Below, one piece after another: positions 62,580 to 64,000 of a stretch of DNA of 64,000 nucleotides. Each line of letters starts with the position of its first letter. Position 1 is the stretch's first letter. The position numbers and the translations under genes were made by a program. Source of the DNA: Octopus sinensis (Eukaryota); the NCBI RefSeq assembly GCF_006345805.1, contig NC_043016.1, forward strand, positions 16,244,001-16,308,000. The letters are read 5' to 3'. A model generated the notes under the pieces. That model was not told the DNA's origin. It did no database searches and worked only from the letters and a program-made list of their open reading frames with translations.

Positions 62580-64000
62580 AAAAAAAAAAAAATGTTCTGG
62601 AAAAAGACAACACGAATATATACAAAGAAGTGAACTTAGAAGCAAGAGGAATAGCTAACGATCTTAAGATTAGCGATAGGATTGAATACCTTTCACCACG
62701 ACCAGCTTTTATTACTCTGAAAGACCATAAAGACAATTTTAGTAGAAACCCCAAATGTAGATTGATAAATCCGGCTAAAACTGAGATAGGAATTATTAGC
62801 AAAAATATTTTGGACCGTATTTTAGTTAAGTTAGATAGTGAAGTAGACTTGAGAATTTGGAAGAATAGTAAGTCAGTTATAGAGTGGTTTAAAAGTATTA
62901 GCTATAAGAATAATTGTAGTTTCACACAATTCGACATTTTTGACTTTTACCCGTCGATATCTAGGACGTTGCTCCTAAGGGCATTGGACTTCGCCAAGCA
63001 GTATGTCAACATCGATAGCTCGGAAATTGAAATTATTATGCATGCGAGGAAATCGCTTCTGTTTTTCGAGGATTCCACCTGGATTAAGAAGACTGAGGAT
63101 TCTCTTTTCGATGTACCGATGGGGGCATACGACGGGCTGAATTATGTATGCTCATAGGAGCCTTTATTCTCCATAATCTAAAATAGAATCCCCATTTATA
63201 GATGCAGGTCTATATAGGGATGACGGCCTTATAGCCACGCATAATCTAAACGGCCATGAATCAGATAGACTTAGGAAGGACCTTATAGCTTTCTTTCAAA
63301 GGATGGGCTTACGGATTACGATAGATGCTAACCTGAATAGTGTAGATTTTTTGACGTAAATTTTAATGTAAGATCGGATAGATTTAAACCTTTCCGTAAG
63401 CCCAATGAAAAGCTATCGTATATTAGCAAAGATTCGAACCTATCCACCAGTTATCCTTAGCAACTTAGTCAGCATGTAGGTAGAAGAATATCTTCAATTT
63501 CTTCGGACGAGGCAGCATTCCATAATGCTGCACCTTATTACGATAGCGCATTAAAGAATAGTGGATTCTCGGAGAAGATCCAGTTCAACCAGCTTAATGC
63601 TAATAATAATGCTGCCACGAAGAACTAGGACCAGGAAAGTTTTGGGTTCAACCCGGCTTTCAATTTGGCCGTAAAGACTAATATAGGTAAGAATTTTTGA
63701 GATTAGTCTCTAAGCATTTTAAGCAGGGTCATAAATTCTACAGAATATTTAATAGAAGAACCCTGAAGGTTAGCTATTCTTGTTGCAGAAATTTCGCCTC
63801 TTACATTAACCAACATAATAGGAAGCTAATTGAGATTAGACATGGTGCCGAGCCCATTAAGAAATGTAATTTCAAAAACGAAGCTCCTGTCCGTTAGAAG
63901 GAAATGTCTAGTGAAAGGAGTAGTTTATAGAGCCAAGGTGCAAGTGAAGGCTCATCGGAATACAAGACATACACAGGGGCTTCAGAAATTCATTTAAAAC
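62580..64000 (+). mobile_element. Second Naiad-type Penelope element, frameshifted, running off the window end
   Basis: PKCRLINPAK, FDIFDFYPSI, FDVPMGAYDG, LYRDDGL, RKPNEKL, WFNPAF, CPLEGKC..VVYRAKV. Confidence 0.9.

Overview
AT-rich, microsatellite-dense eukaryotic DNA. The repeat families suggest a cephalopod, probably Octopus (inferred, not searched). Most of the ORF track is noise from microsatellites and decayed transposons. I can build one host gene. It is a minus-strand, 9-coding-exon SEL1/TPR-repeat gene (coding span 14397-40811, about 483 aa, N-terminus MYRVFRARWQSLVHKSLKNL) that best matches the mitochondrial stress sensor DELE1, and one splice junction is out of phase by 1 nt. The rest is mostly mobile DNA: a 4.2-kb hAT element with an 8-bp TSD nested in a LINE, RTE LINEs (one type with a C4HC3 PHD finger inside the RT), four Naiad-type Penelope-like elements, RLE-type LINE ends, Tc1/mariner/Tigger relics, MITEs, a Helentron-type HINE and tRNA-derived SINEs. 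The structures most worth checking are hammerhead-ribozyme-like motifs with a recurrent non-canonical junction, a 1.3-kb fold-back carrying telomeric repeats just upstream of DELE1, and a CpG island with NRF1/ETS/YY1-type motifs lodged inside a Penelope RT. All coordinates and alignments were done by eye; no database searches were run.
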